Positions 45,038-54,462 of a stretch of DNA of 64,000 bases are shown here, piece by piece (positions within the stretch are counted from its first letter, which is position 1; each line of letters starts with the position of its first letter). A program made the translations under genes and the position numbers. The stretch lies in contig CAYGFS010000001.1 in NCBI GenBank assembly GCA_964349305.1, positions 15,209 to 79,208 of the forward strand, given 5' to 3'. This stretch comes from an uncultured Pseudomonadales bacterium (GTDB lineage Bacteria > Patescibacteriota > Microgenomatia > UBA1400 > UBA12108). The notes under the pieces were generated by a model that searched no databases, was not told the DNA's origin, and was given only the letters and a program-made list of their open reading frames with translations.

Positions 45038-46134
45038 ACAGCTCTTATTGTCTCACAGACAGTCCCTATTTGGTCATCGGTGATAGCCAAGCCAGATGGC
45101 AGGTAGCAGCCGTCCCTGGCAATCCTCTGTGTGACCGGGAATGACCCACCTCCCAAGCCTTTATCGGTGAGGGCTGGCTGGGTGCTGGGAGCATAAAAGA
45201 AATCGCGGGTATCGATCCCTTTGGACAGTAATTTGGCGCGAAACTCATCTTTATTGCAGCCAAATTTGGACTCGTCAATCAGGATGGCGTACATCCAGTA
45301 CACGTGAGTCGCCCAATTTCTTGTAGTAGGGAGGGTGATTCCAGGAATATCTTTTAATCCTGCTAGGTAAAGTTTGGCCATATGCTGTTTGGTGGCGAGA
45401 AATTCGCCGATGTGCTGGAGCTGACCGCTGCCGAGGGCTGCCTGCATGCTGGTCATGCGGTAGTTGTAGCCGAGGGCGTCGTGGATAAAGCGCTTGGCTG
45501 TACTGTGGGCTAAATCTTTCATCCTCCCCGCAAGTTCCGCCATCTGATCATTGTCGGTTGTCACCATGCCACCCTCGCCGGTGGTAATTATTTTGTTGGC
45601 GTAAAAACTAAAGGCATTCACGTCTCCGATAGATCCAGTCAGTTTGCCTTTGTAGGTAGCCCCGTGAGCTTCGGCGGCGTCTTCGATGACTACCAGGTCG
45701 TGTTTTTTGGCGATCGCCAAAATGGGATCCATATCGGCGGGATGACCGTAGATATGCACTGGCATGATGGCTTTGGTTTTAGCAGTAATTGCGGCCTCGA
45801 TGAGAGCAGGGTCAATCGTGTAGATATCCGGCTCGACATCGACAAAAATGGGAGTGGCCCCGGTATGCATGACCGCCATCCATGAGGCGGCCATGGTAAA
45901 TGCCGGTACGATGACTTCGTCCCCCTCGCCAATCCCGGCCGCCAGTAAGGCAATGTGGAGCGCAGCAGTACCGGTATTGACCGTGATGGCGTGTTTGACT
46001 CCCAGATACTCTGCAAATTCGTGCTCGAATTCGCTGAGGTAGGGTCCGGCAGAGGAGATCCAACCCTCTTCGAGTGCTTTGGCGACCAAGGACTTTGATT
46101 CTGGGGTAATGACGGGGGCGTTGACGGGTATCAT
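45022..46134 (-). CDS. DegT/DnrJ/EryC1/StrS-family PLP-dependent sugar aminotransferase
   Basis: 370 aa, VNTGTAALHIAL...VIVPAFTMAASW... and the conserved Lys region (SFYANKIITTGEGG). Confidence 0.85.
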   Translation of the reverse strand: MIPVNAPVITPESKSLVAKALEEGWISSAGPYLSEFEHEFAEYLGVKHAITVNTGTAALHIALLAAGIGEGDEVIVPAFTMAASWMAVMHTGATPIFVDVEPDIYTIDPALIEAAITAKTKAIMPVHIYGHPADMDPILAIAKKHDLVVIEDAAEAHGATYKGKLTGSIGDVNAFSFYANKIITTGEGGMVTTDNDQMAELAGRMKDLAHSTAKRFIHDALGYNYRMTSMQAALGSGQLQHIGEFLATKQHMAKLYLAGLKDIPGITLPTTRNWATHVYWMYAILIDESKFGCNKDEFRAKLLSKGIDTRDFFYAPSTQPALTDKGLGGGSFPVTQRIARDGCYLPSGLAITDDQIGTVCETIRAVCPNL

Positions 46135-46568
46135 AGGGCGATAGGGGGATCTTCCCGATAAAATTTCATCAGTTTGTCACCGGGGAATGGCCCTTGCTTG
46201 ACTTCAATCAAATAACATTGCTCGAGGACTTCAAAACCATGACCGCCCGATACCTGGAGGAGAATGTCTCCCTGCTCCAGCATAACTTCCTGCAAAATAT
46301 TCCAGCCGTAATCGTAGATGGTGGCTTTGATCTTGCCTTTTTCGACGTACAAAAACTCTTGGGTAGTATCTACTTTGTAATGGATGTGTGGGTTGTGGAC
46401 GTGATCGCGGATTCGCTTACCTGAGGGATGCCCAATCATACCGACCTGCAAGGTATAGTCGTCGGGGGTTAAAAAATTGACACCGTCAGGACGATGAGCT
46501 TTGCGGAAAACGAGGGCGAATATTTGGCCGTTGCGCTCGATGACTTCTTTGCCTTTTTCCATAGCCAC
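46131..46568 (-). CDS. small cupin-fold protein, possible NDP-sugar isomerase/epimerase (WxcM/FdtA-like)
   Basis: 145 aa beta-rich, immediately downstream of and overlapping the DegT aminotransferase. Contains a half-copy of the family-B element (GACCTGCAAGGT, encoding YTLQV). Confidence 0.4.
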   Translation of the reverse strand: MAMEKGKEVIERNGQIFALVFRKAHRPDGVNFLTPDDYTLQVGMIGHPSGKRIRDHVHNPHIHYKVDTTQEFLYVEKGKIKATIYDYGWNILQEVMLEQGDILLQVSGGHGFEVLEQCYLIEVKQGPFPGDKLMKFYREDPPIAL

Positions 46569-46581
46569 ATTTTACACTAAC

Positions 46582-46872
46582 TTAAACAAAGTTGATTTGG
46601 AGAGTTTTACCTAGAGCTCTGGCGATCCTGGTCGCCATTTGGAGGGTGGGACTGACACTGCGTGATTCGATACGAGAGATGACTGCCTGGGTAGTATTGG
46701 CCCTTTTGGCTAGTTCTTTTTGAGATACTTTGTGATCAATTCTGGCTTGGATGATTTGACGTCCGAGCTGATAGTCAGCTTCACCGTCTTCCCATATCTT
46801 GCGGAAGCCAGGTTCTTTCATCAATCTATCAATTGTCTTATCTAAGTCGTCTTTCTGCGGTTTTTTTATCAT
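46582..46872 (-). CDS. XRE-family helix-turn-helix transcriptional regulator
   Basis: HTH_3 signature VSQKELAKRANTTQAVISRIESRSVSPTLQMATRIARALG in a 96-aa protein. Confidence 0.75.
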   Translation of the reverse strand: MIKKPQKDDLDKTIDRLMKEPGFRKIWEDGEADYQLGRQIIQARIDHKVSQKELAKRANTTQAVISRIESRSVSPTLQMATRIARALGKTLQINFV

Positions 46873-46984
46873 GCACGTATGATATCTTATTAGATATATT
46901 TAGTCAATAGTCATTGCCTGTTTTTGGCCGAAAATTAAATCTCTCTTACTAGTATGATTGGATTTTTTCTTAAAAAGGTGGAGT

Positions 46985-47065
46985 ATGTATACGGTATTTC
47001 CTTTTTGGAGACAAAATATTCTTATATTATTTTTACCCAATATTCTGACCTCCCAAAAGTCGTAA
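46985..47065 (+). CDS. candidate small ORF (26 aa, hydrophobic: MYTVFPFWRQNILILFLPNILTSQKS) with a strong Shine-Dalgarno sequence, divergent from the XRE gene
   Basis: AAAAAGGTGGAGT precedes the ATG (GGTGGAG 3 nt upstream of it), a rare canonical SD in this window. Lies in a 275-bp AT-rich spacer. Below the ORF-track size cutoff. Confidence 0.25.
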   Translation: MYTVFPFWRQNILILFLPNILTSQKS

Positions 47066-47148
47066 CCATTTAATTTCTTCAGGTCAATAACTGATGATCG
47101 ATGTAAGTATCTATATCTATGAGGTATTTGATGTTATACATAAGAGGA

Positions 47149-47754
47149 TTATCTAAACTGAGCAATGAACTGCCAAATATTATCCCAAACAGAGCGAGGC
47201 GGACTGAGTGTTGCAGGAGTTTGGGGCAAATCGAGCTGACTGTAGGGAGTGAGACTTTCTACGCTCAAGACATTGGATGTGGCATGGTAAGTACCTACTA
47301 CGACGACTGGTTTCTCAGCCAATCTAGTGGTGTGGTTAAAACCGCCCGCGTAATCGATCACGTACACATCGGAGGTGGGCAAAACTAAAATGTCCCGTGG
47401 CGTACCCCCCATATTGACTTCGTGAATTACCCCTAGCTTGGACATGGGAATGTTCGCTCCCCTGCCCTGCCAAAGCAAATAAAGAACATAAAGAGCGATG
47501 GGTAAAACGAGTAGGGGTATGGTAAAGCGGAGAGAGATGATGGTATTTTGTGATTTCCAAATGCGTTTGAGCGCGAGCCACAGCCGCCCAATCGGATTGT
47601 TTAACTTGAGATTGATATCCACAATGGGATCGTTCAGGTTTTCTGATTGCTTTAAATCCAGATCAATGGCGTGAACCCCGTTGATCGACACTGAGCGGCC
47701 AATGGTCTTTTTACTTTCACTGGCGCGGTCTGAGAGATCGAGAGGATTGGGCAT
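47149..47754 (-). CDS. hypothetical membrane-anchored protein
   Basis: 201 aa with one internal TM helix (IPLLVLPIALYVLYLLW). No known domain. Confidence 0.4.
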   Translation of the reverse strand: MPNPLDLSDRASESKKTIGRSVSINGVHAIDLDLKQSENLNDPIVDINLKLNNPIGRLWLALKRIWKSQNTIISLRFTIPLLVLPIALYVLYLLWQGRGANIPMSKLGVIHEVNMGGTPRDILVLPTSDVYVIDYAGGFNHTTRLAEKPVVVVGTYHATSNVLSVESLTPYSQLDLPQTPATLSPPRSVWDNIWQFIAQFR

Positions 47755-48841
47755 GAATTAACTGTAGCAAATTTGGGAGAGTATGCAAGAGATAAACTAG
47801 GAAGAGGTAGAGACTAGGGAGTACTGGCAGCAGGTAGCGCGGGAACATGAGTCGGGAGGAGATAAAAAGCAGTAATACCGCGATGGTAACTAAGTGGATG
47901 AATACCCCTTGGTGTTGGCGCAGGTGGCTCAGACCTGTGACAAAGCTGGCGATAATTGCTGCCGGCCAGGCTACAGAATAAAAAGGCGAGGGAATTAACT
48001 CCTTGTTCCCCCACCAAGTCTGCCACTGTCCGCTAAATATGAGCCGAAAAATCTCCCCCTTGGGATACTCTGGGACATAGTCCTTGTACAGCCGCAGTGT
48101 TTGGTAGTGCAGTAAGAAGAAATCAGATAGGGTATGACCGTGCACAAAAAACATGATGTACCCTGCCAGATAGGTCAGGCCAGCGACTGCAAAAATTTTG
48201 AGGAGAATCTGAGTGAGGCGGGGTGTGTGGTAGCGGTACAAAATAATAATCGTAATCACGCCAAAGAGAACGCCGTAGGAGAAAGACTTGGAAAGGGCGA
48301 GTAATCCTAGGACCAGTCCGCCCCACCAAAAGTCTAAGCGATATTTATTACGAGTGAGAAACAACAGATAAAGTAAAGTCCAGAAGGTCAGCGAGAGATC
48401 CACGAAGGGGCGCATTAGTTGGTCACGAAAGAGTGGGTCGAGCGCGAGCAAGATAGGCGGGAACATGGCAGCGAAGCGACCCAGGATGGGCAGGGAAAGA
48501 TAATAAAGTAAGACAAGACTGAGGGCACCAAACACTAGCTGGGCGGGCAAAGCATTGCCCCACAATGTTGTGGATATACCAAAGAAATATTTAGTGAGAG
48601 GCTGGACTTCTGGACTGATCAGGGTTGGATCATTCCCCTGTATTGACCTGTAACCAGCAAGCGTAAACAGCTCCGGGTCGTCGATATTACCGCGGAATTC
48701 ACACTGGGGCACACAATATTGCGAATGATCATAAACCTCTTGCCAATGATCAACGTCAAATTTGGTTTGGTAGATCCCTTGATTCAAAAATAGATGGCCG
48801 ACAATAAAGATCGAGAGGATAAATATAAATATATTTTTCAT
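47717..48841 (-). CDS. hypothetical polytopic membrane protein (possible GT-C-type)
   Basis: 374 aa, about 9 TM helices. Confidence 0.4.
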   Translation of the reverse strand: MKNIFIFILSIFIVGHLFLNQGIYQTKFDVDHWQEVYDHSQYCVPQCEFRGNIDDPELFTLAGYRSIQGNDPTLISPEVQPLTKYFFGISTTLWGNALPAQLVFGALSLVLLYYLSLPILGRFAAMFPPILLALDPLFRDQLMRPFVDLSLTFWTLLYLLFLTRNKYRLDFWWGGLVLGLLALSKSFSYGVLFGVITIIILYRYHTPRLTQILLKIFAVAGLTYLAGYIMFFVHGHTLSDFFLLHYQTLRLYKDYVPEYPKGEIFRLIFSGQWQTWWGNKELIPSPFYSVAWPAAIIASFVTGLSHLRQHQGVFIHLVTIAVLLLFISSRLMFPRYLLPVLPSLYLFLVYLLHTLPNLLQLIHAQSSRSLRPRQ

Positions 48842-48843
48842 GC

Positions 48844-50400
48844 CTAACTAGATTTTCTTTGTATTTTAAAAGCAGAATACAGGAGAAAACAGAGCGAGAT
48901 CGCATAGACAATAATCCACAAATACCAAAAGTCTCCTTTGGCAAAAAATGGCTTGTACTGGCTGATTTGGGTAATGAAAGCGGTAAACGAGCTCAGATCG
49001 TAGTAACTGGAGAGCAGCCGCCACAATCCTCCCAGCTGCATCCAGATGATAAAAACTGTAACTCCCCGCAACAGCCAAGTACGTACTTTGCCCCTGCGGC
49101 TGAGGGAGAGAATCCCGATGAGTAACAATGCCATGTGTGAAGCAATGGTGGGGAAGAGGTAGCGCGCTTGGACACCGATAGAGTAGCCAACCGATTTGAC
49201 GTATTGGTAATCAAAATAATAAATCGCAGAGGCATATACAAGGCTGGCCAAAAGGAGAAAGATTACATTGGGCCAGGGAGTGATTACTTTGATACGACGG
49301 ATAACCTTGGATAAATAGAGCGCTAAACCAGCCACAGAGAGGAGAACTAAACGGTTGGCTACCTGCCAATAAACGCTCGGCAATACTACCCCTAGCCATT
49401 TGAATACTCCCCAATACCACACAATATTTTGTGCTACTAGTTGATTGAGGGAGAAGCGGAGATACTCGACCACACTAGCACCGTGGATATTACTCGACAT
49501 CAACCAACCCTTGTAGCGATTGCCGGGGCCAAAAATAACGGCGAGGCCGATTAGCGCCATCACAGCGAAGGAAAGAAGCAGCCGCCACTTTTTGTGCGCG
49601 ACTATGTGTACGAGTAATGCCAGAATAATTACAGGAATGGCGAGATAACCCTGTGGTTTGGTGAGGATATCGAGCGCGGCAACCAAAACGCTGATGGCAC
49701 CTAATCGCAGGGTGGGGCCGGAGCGAACCAGTCTTAACCCTAGATAGATCACCATGGCAAAGATTAGATTGTGGAGGTTATCGGAATTGATCCCAGCTGA
49801 GAGAAAACTATACATAGGCTGGAGCATAACTAAAAGAGTCAGCACAATGGCGGACTGGGTGGACGCAAATAAAATGACGCCCAGCCGATACACGATAATT
49901 GCGGTCAGCACGGCAATCAGACTATTGCCGATCCGCAAGACAAAGATGCGGGTGATAATATCGGAGCTGCCAACCACCCGGTACCAAACACTCAAATAGT
50001 CGTAGTAAAGCCGCGGGTAATGGGCGGCTTCCTGACCCACATAGAGACTACGGGACTGGCTAGTGTTGAGTGCTATGATGTCCGCTTCGTATTTACCTCT
50101 CAGTGAGTCAGTAAAATCGAGGCGGAACTCTGGGTGGTATGTCAGCTGGTTATGACCCAGCCCATCGCGTAACACTCCCAGATATTGCTGAGTCAAATTC
50201 ATCTCCTCTGTCATGTCCAGTTCTTGACCGCGGGGTGATCTCCCCTCTTGCACCAGGAAATTGACGGTGCCAACGTGAGCTTGCTCATCGGGGAACTCAA
50301 ACAGTGGGGTAGCTAAACTCCAGAACAAAATCGCGCCAAAAATGGCCAGGAAAAATTTAAACTTGCCGCTGAACATAGCTATTCCATCCATCACGAACAA
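48844..50400 (-). CDS. polytopic membrane protein, DUF2142-like (putative GT-C glycosyltransferase)
   Basis: 518 aa. N-terminal FPDEQAH motif after the first TM helix, as in DUF2142-type membrane proteins. Start may be a downstream Met, since the track ORF overlaps the galE 3' end. Confidence 0.45.
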   Translation of the reverse strand: MFVMDGIAMFSGKFKFFLAIFGAILFWSLATPLFEFPDEQAHVGTVNFLVQEGRSPRGQELDMTEEMNLTQQYLGVLRDGLGHNQLTYHPEFRLDFTDSLRGKYEADIIALNTSQSRSLYVGQEAAHYPRLYYDYLSVWYRVVGSSDIITRIFVLRIGNSLIAVLTAIIVYRLGVILFASTQSAIVLTLLVMLQPMYSFLSAGINSDNLHNLIFAMVIYLGLRLVRSGPTLRLGAISVLVAALDILTKPQGYLAIPVIILALLVHIVAHKKWRLLLSFAVMALIGLAVIFGPGNRYKGWLMSSNIHGASVVEYLRFSLNQLVAQNIVWYWGVFKWLGVVLPSVYWQVANRLVLLSVAGLALYLSKVIRRIKVITPWPNVIFLLLASLVYASAIYYFDYQYVKSVGYSIGVQARYLFPTIASHMALLLIGILSLSRRGKVRTWLLRGVTVFIIWMQLGGLWRLLSSYYDLSSFTAFITQISQYKPFFAKGDFWYLWIIVYAISLCFLLYSAFKIQRKSS

Positions 50401-51325
50401 TTAAGCGAAGGGTGCTGACTGGTTCCCAACCGAGGGTAGACTGGGCGAGGCTAATGTCAGCGAGAGAGTAGCTAATATCGCCAGCCACTCTGGGCCCATA
50501 AACGACCGGGACTTTTTGGTTGGTTACGATCTCGACTTCTTTGATGACCTCCCCGATGGTACGACCCTCCCCGGATCCGAGGTTGAGAGTAAAAGAGGGT
50601 TTGCCTGCACGCAAATGGTGGATGGCGAGGATAAAAGCCAGAGCAATATCTTCGACGTGTACATAATCCCTGACTACCGTCCCATCCTGAGTATCATAGT
50701 CGTGGCCGCTAACAATGACTGATTCATCTTCCCCACCCGCAACTGCGAACAATCGCTGCATAATAGCTCGGCTGCCGCGGCTCTGACCCAGCCGACCTTC
50801 TGCCTCCGCTCCTCCGACATTGAAAAAGCGGAAAATCCCATACGAGCCAGTTGGTTCAACTAATTCTTTAAGCGAATATTCTCCCGCTAGTTTGGTTTGA
50901 CCATAAACATTGGTCGGAGAACAGGGGTGTGATTCTTTAATTGGTGCTACCCCGCTGGGGGTACCATAAACTGCCGCCGAGCTGGCATAAAGAAACCGCT
51001 TAACCCCGACTTTGACCCCAGCCTGCCAAACATTGCGTGAACCCTGATCGTTGACCTCTGTGTAGAGCTCGGCGAGACTATTGCTTTCGGCCGCATTGAC
51101 GAGCGCGGCCAAGTGGATGATCTCGGTAATATCATGAGAGGCAAAAAGATTGTCCAAGGCGGCGATGTCTCTGATGTCACCAACCACCAGTTCTTCACTA
51201 TAAAGTAGCGCCTGCTTGTTGCCCTGAGTCAGATTGTCAAATACCACAACCTGCTCACCGGCCTCACTGAGGGCTTTGACCACATGGCTCCCGATATACC
51301 CACATCCACCCGTCACTAAGATCAT
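50357..51325 (-). CDS. galE: UDP-glucose 4-epimerase / NAD-dependent epimerase-dehydratase (GalE-like)
   Basis: [16 protein letters not shown] Rossmann motif, SAAVYG and YGQTK catalytic region. Confidence 0.8.
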   Translation of the reverse strand: MILVTGGCGYIGSHVVKALSEAGEQVVVFDNLTQGNKQALLYSEELVVGDIRDIAALDNLFASHDITEIIHLAALVNAAESNSLAELYTEVNDQGSRNVWQAGVKVGVKRFLYASSAAVYGTPSGVAPIKESHPCSPTNVYGQTKLAGEYSLKELVEPTGSYGIFRFFNVGGAEAEGRLGQSRGSRAIMQRLFAVAGGEDESVIVSGHDYDTQDGTVVRDYVHVEDIALAFILAIHHLRAGKPSFTLNLGSGEGRTIGEVIKEVEIVTNQKVPVVYGPRVAGDISYSLADISLAQSTLGWEPVSTLRLIVRDGWNSYVQRQV

Positions 51326-51352
51326 GGAGCCATTATACGGTACAATATCCTC
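51326..51352. promoter_or_regulatory. compact divergent promoter region: TATAAT 6 nt upstream of the galE ATG (minus strand) and TACAAT 6 nt upstream of the GT2 ATG (plus strand), implying leaderless transcripts
   Basis: 27-bp spacer ggagccattatacggtacaatatcctc. Minus strand reads gaggatattgtaccgTATAATggctccATG. Confidence 0.4.
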
Positions 51353-52051
51353 ATGAAACAGTACGGCAGCGTGTCGATCGTAATCCCGGTTTATAACGAG
51401 AAAAAATCCCTACCCAAAATAATTACTAAAGTATTAGAAGCGCCAGTTGCGGGACTGAGTAGGCAAATCGTGGTGGTAGATGACGGGAGTACCGACGGTA
51501 CGTCAGAGCTGCTAAAGAAAATGCGAATAAAGGGGCTTAAAAAGATTTTTTTACCCACCAACAAAGGTAAAGGAGCCGCACTGCGCGCAGGATTTGCGGT
51601 TACAACGGGCGAGATCGTGATTGTGCAGGATGCAGATCTCGAATACAACCCGCAAGACTATCCCGTGCTCTTGTCGCCTATTTTGGCCGGGAGCAGCGGG
51701 GTAGTTTATGGGTCGCGCGAGCTGACAATTAATACCCATTCTTATCCGATATTTTTTTTGGGCGGCAAGATTGTCACGCTCGCCACTAAACTCTTATTTG
51801 GCGGGAAGCTAACCGATGTGCCGACGGGTTACAAAGTGTTTGACCGCCAAATCCTGATGAAACTGCCCCTGCGGTGCGTACGATTTGAGTTTTGCCCAGA
51901 AGTGACGGCGCTCTTATTGCAGCGAGGGATCCCTATTGTAGAGGTACCAATCCGCTATGCTCCTCGCACTATTACAGAAGGTAAAAAAATCAAATGGCAG
52001 GATGGCATTGAAGCAATCACGACACTGCTGCGAGTGAGGATTGGTTTATGA
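51353..52051 (+). CDS. GT2 polyprenyl-phosphate glycosyltransferase (DPM1/GtrB/ArnC-like)
   Basis: [14 protein letters not shown]...[12 protein letters not shown]...[12 protein letters not shown], 232 aa. Confidence 0.8.
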   Translation: MKQYGSVSIVIPVYNEKKSLPKIITKVLEAPVAGLSRQIVVVDDGSTDGTSELLKKMRIKGLKKIFLPTNKGKGAALRAGFAVTTGEIVIVQDADLEYNPQDYPVLLSPILAGSSGVVYGSRELTINTHSYPIFFLGGKIVTLATKLLFGGKLTDVPTGYKVFDRQILMKLPLRCVRFEFCPEVTALLLQRGIPIVEVPIRYAPRTITEGKKIKWQDGIEAITTLLRVRIGL

Positions 52052-52614
52052 GACACCTAGCGTTTGGGGAAAGCAAAAGATCATGGCTAGACCATATCAT
52101 TGCCTACGTTCGCATCTCAGCTATCAAGCGTGAGATAGTCCAGGGCGGTAAGCTGCTAGACCTAGGATGCGGATACAACGGTGAGCTACTCCAAGAACTA
52201 AGCGGACAGATCAGCGGCGGAACAGGGATAGATTTGAGCGTGAACCCCAAAACAAAATTGATGAAAGGGAGAGTCGATCAAAAACTGCCGCTTGAGAGTA
52301 ATACGTTTGACGCGGTCTCGGCTCTAGCCATTATTGAGCACGTGGACTACCCGGAGATTATGCTGAATGAAAGCTACCGGGTACTCAAACCGGGCGGCAA
52401 ACTGCTGATTACTACCCCGTCGCTCATGGGTAAACTGCCTCTAGAAATCATGGCCTATTTAGGACTGATTAGTAAAGCTGAGATCGATGACCACAAACGC
52501 TATTACACGAGATCCTCACTTCGCCAGGCTTTGATGGATGTTGGGTATAAACAAGTAAAAGTAAAACATTTTGGGATCTTGTGGCTCAATTTGTTGGCAA
52601 AGGCAACCAAGTAA
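52048..52614 (+). CDS. class I SAM-dependent methyltransferase
   Basis: [16 protein letters not shown]-binding motif I and [12 protein letters not shown] post-I region. Translationally coupled to both flanking genes. Confidence 0.75.
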   Translation: MRHLAFGESKRSWLDHIIAYVRISAIKREIVQGGKLLDLGCGYNGELLQELSGQISGGTGIDLSVNPKTKLMKGRVDQKLPLESNTFDAVSALAIIEHVDYPEIMLNESYRVLKPGGKLLITTPSLMGKLPLEIMAYLGLISKAEIDDHKRYYTRSSLRQALMDVGYKQVKVKHFGILWLNLLAKATK

Positions 52615-54462
52615 ATGTCGATCAGCGAGCTGGTGCAAGTGAGTGGATATTTTTTACTTTTTTTGTCGTGTGTAACTGGGCTAGGTATTTTTACCGTATC
52701 GATTATCACTAAACGGATCAATTTGGCGGATATCGGGGTGTACATTCTGATTGGCCTAGGCATGTTGGGCAACCTAGCTTTAGTCCTGGGACTTGGTGCT
52801 AGCTTCACTCGGACAAACATCCTGATCATCGCGAGCTTGGGGATAGTGCTGGGGGCTTGGCAGCTAGTCAGATTGCGACGGTTGACTGTTATACCTGGGA
52901 AGAACTTGATCAAAGCCATAAAAACAGATTTGCTGGCTACATTGTGCTTGGTATTTGCGGTGATCTCTACAGCGACCTTGTATTTCTCAGCCATGCAACC
53001 ACCCCATGCGACCGACGAACTGCATTATCATTTCCCCCAAGCTAGGCAAATTGCGCAAACCGCGACAATAAACTGGTCATTTGACGGACACTATTTTTAC
53101 GGCAATATTCCCAAGCTGGTAGATGTGCTGTTTGGAGTAGGTCTAACTGTGCAAGGATATCAGTTAGCACACTTGCTCAATTACACTTTTTTAATCGGCT
53201 TTGTCTTGTTAGTCATGTTGGTGGTTTACCGGAGATACGGATACCGCAGCGGCGTATTTGCCGTCCTACTATTGCTATTGTTTGAAGATTTTACCTGGAA
53301 CGCGACTGTCGGATTTGTGGACTCGGCCACGTCTACACTAGAGATAGGCTCACTCCTGTTACTCATAACCTGGCTAGACAAAAAGAAAAATGATCTGCTG
53401 CTGATGTCGGGACTCCTGATTGGATTCTCCCTGGGAGCCAAGTATTCTCCCCTCCCCACAGCCCTCTTCATGACCATAATCGTCCTGAGCGTGAGCATCC
53501 GTGATAAAACCGGAAAATATATGATGGTGTTCAGCGTGCCGGCACTCCTAGCTGGTGGTTATTGGTATGTCAAAAACTGGATTTTATTTGGTAATCCTTT
53601 TTATCCCATGTATTTTGGCCACAAAGGAGTAAGTGAAGAATCGTATCAGAGTCTAATGGAGGCGATCTGGCAATGGGAAGCCAAAACTGGATCTGTCTTT
53701 TTGGCTAAACTGAGCAGGTGGCGGACATATTCTGAGCTCAGTACTTATCTCGCGATTTGGGTGTCCCCGCTGGCGATATGGTGGGGTAAGAAAGATAAGT
53801 TTTTGGCCCTTCTGTCTCTATACTTTATGCTGTATGTGCCCTACTGGTTCTTTTTTGCTACACACCAAACACGATTTCTCTTGACCGCGTTGCTGGTGGC
53901 CAATATTGTCTTGGCGATCATGCTGGCCAAACTCCCCGCCAAGATAATTGGCTTGGGAATAATGGGGCTACTGGCGACTTTACTCTATATCCGCCCTTAC
54001 CCTGGTAGAACTTTGTTAGAGCATTACATCTGGATGAAACTACATACCGTCGAGCGACAGTACGGCCTAGGAAATGTCACTGAAACCGAGTATTTGCATA
54101 GGGAGTTTGGGTGTCAGTACGACGCCATCAACTATTTAAATCATCTAGAAGGAAAAGAAAAAGTCATCGATAATTGGAGCGTGTGGCATGCTCCGAGTCT
54201 AGGTTACTTTGCCGCTAAAAATAAATTTGTTATTTATACCCCCAGCGATACAGACTTAGATGAGATTTTCGCTGACTTGAAAGCAAATTCAATCGGATAT
54301 TTGTACGTGAATACCAATATCAGGAGCCAATATTTACAGAACACTGATTCGATAGTAGAGAAAACCAAACCGGGCAAACTAAGGGCAGATGAAGTATTTA
54401 TACCCAGATCTCAACTCGTTTTTGAAGTCGATACCTGCAAAGTATACAAATTGGTGTACTAG
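52615..54462 (+). CDS. polytopic membrane glycosyltransferase, GT-C-like
   Basis: 615 aa. About 12 TM helices followed by a C-terminal soluble domain. TDELHYH acidic motif in the first large loop. Confidence 0.5.
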   Translation: MSISELVQVSGYFLLFLSCVTGLGIFTVSIITKRINLADIGVYILIGLGMLGNLALVLGLGASFTRTNILIIASLGIVLGAWQLVRLRRLTVIPGKNLIKAIKTDLLATLCLVFAVISTATLYFSAMQPPHATDELHYHFPQARQIAQTATINWSFDGHYFYGNIPKLVDVLFGVGLTVQGYQLAHLLNYTFLIGFVLLVMLVVYRRYGYRSGVFAVLLLLLFEDFTWNATVGFVDSATSTLEIGSLLLLITWLDKKKNDLLLMSGLLIGFSLGAKYSPLPTALFMTIIVLSVSIRDKTGKYMMVFSVPALLAGGYWYVKNWILFGNPFYPMYFGHKGVSEESYQSLMEAIWQWEAKTGSVFLAKLSRWRTYSELSTYLAIWVSPLAIWWGKKDKFLALLSLYFMLYVPYWFFFATHQTRFLLTALLVANIVLAIMLAKLPAKIIGLGIMGLLATLLYIRPYPGRTLLEHYIWMKLHTVERQYGLGNVTETEYLHREFGCQYDAINYLNHLEGKEKVIDNWSVWHAPSLGYFAAKNKFVIYTPSDTDLDEIFADLKANSIGYLYVNTNIRSQYLQNTDSIVEKTKPGKLRADEVFIPRSQLVFEVDTCKVYKLVY

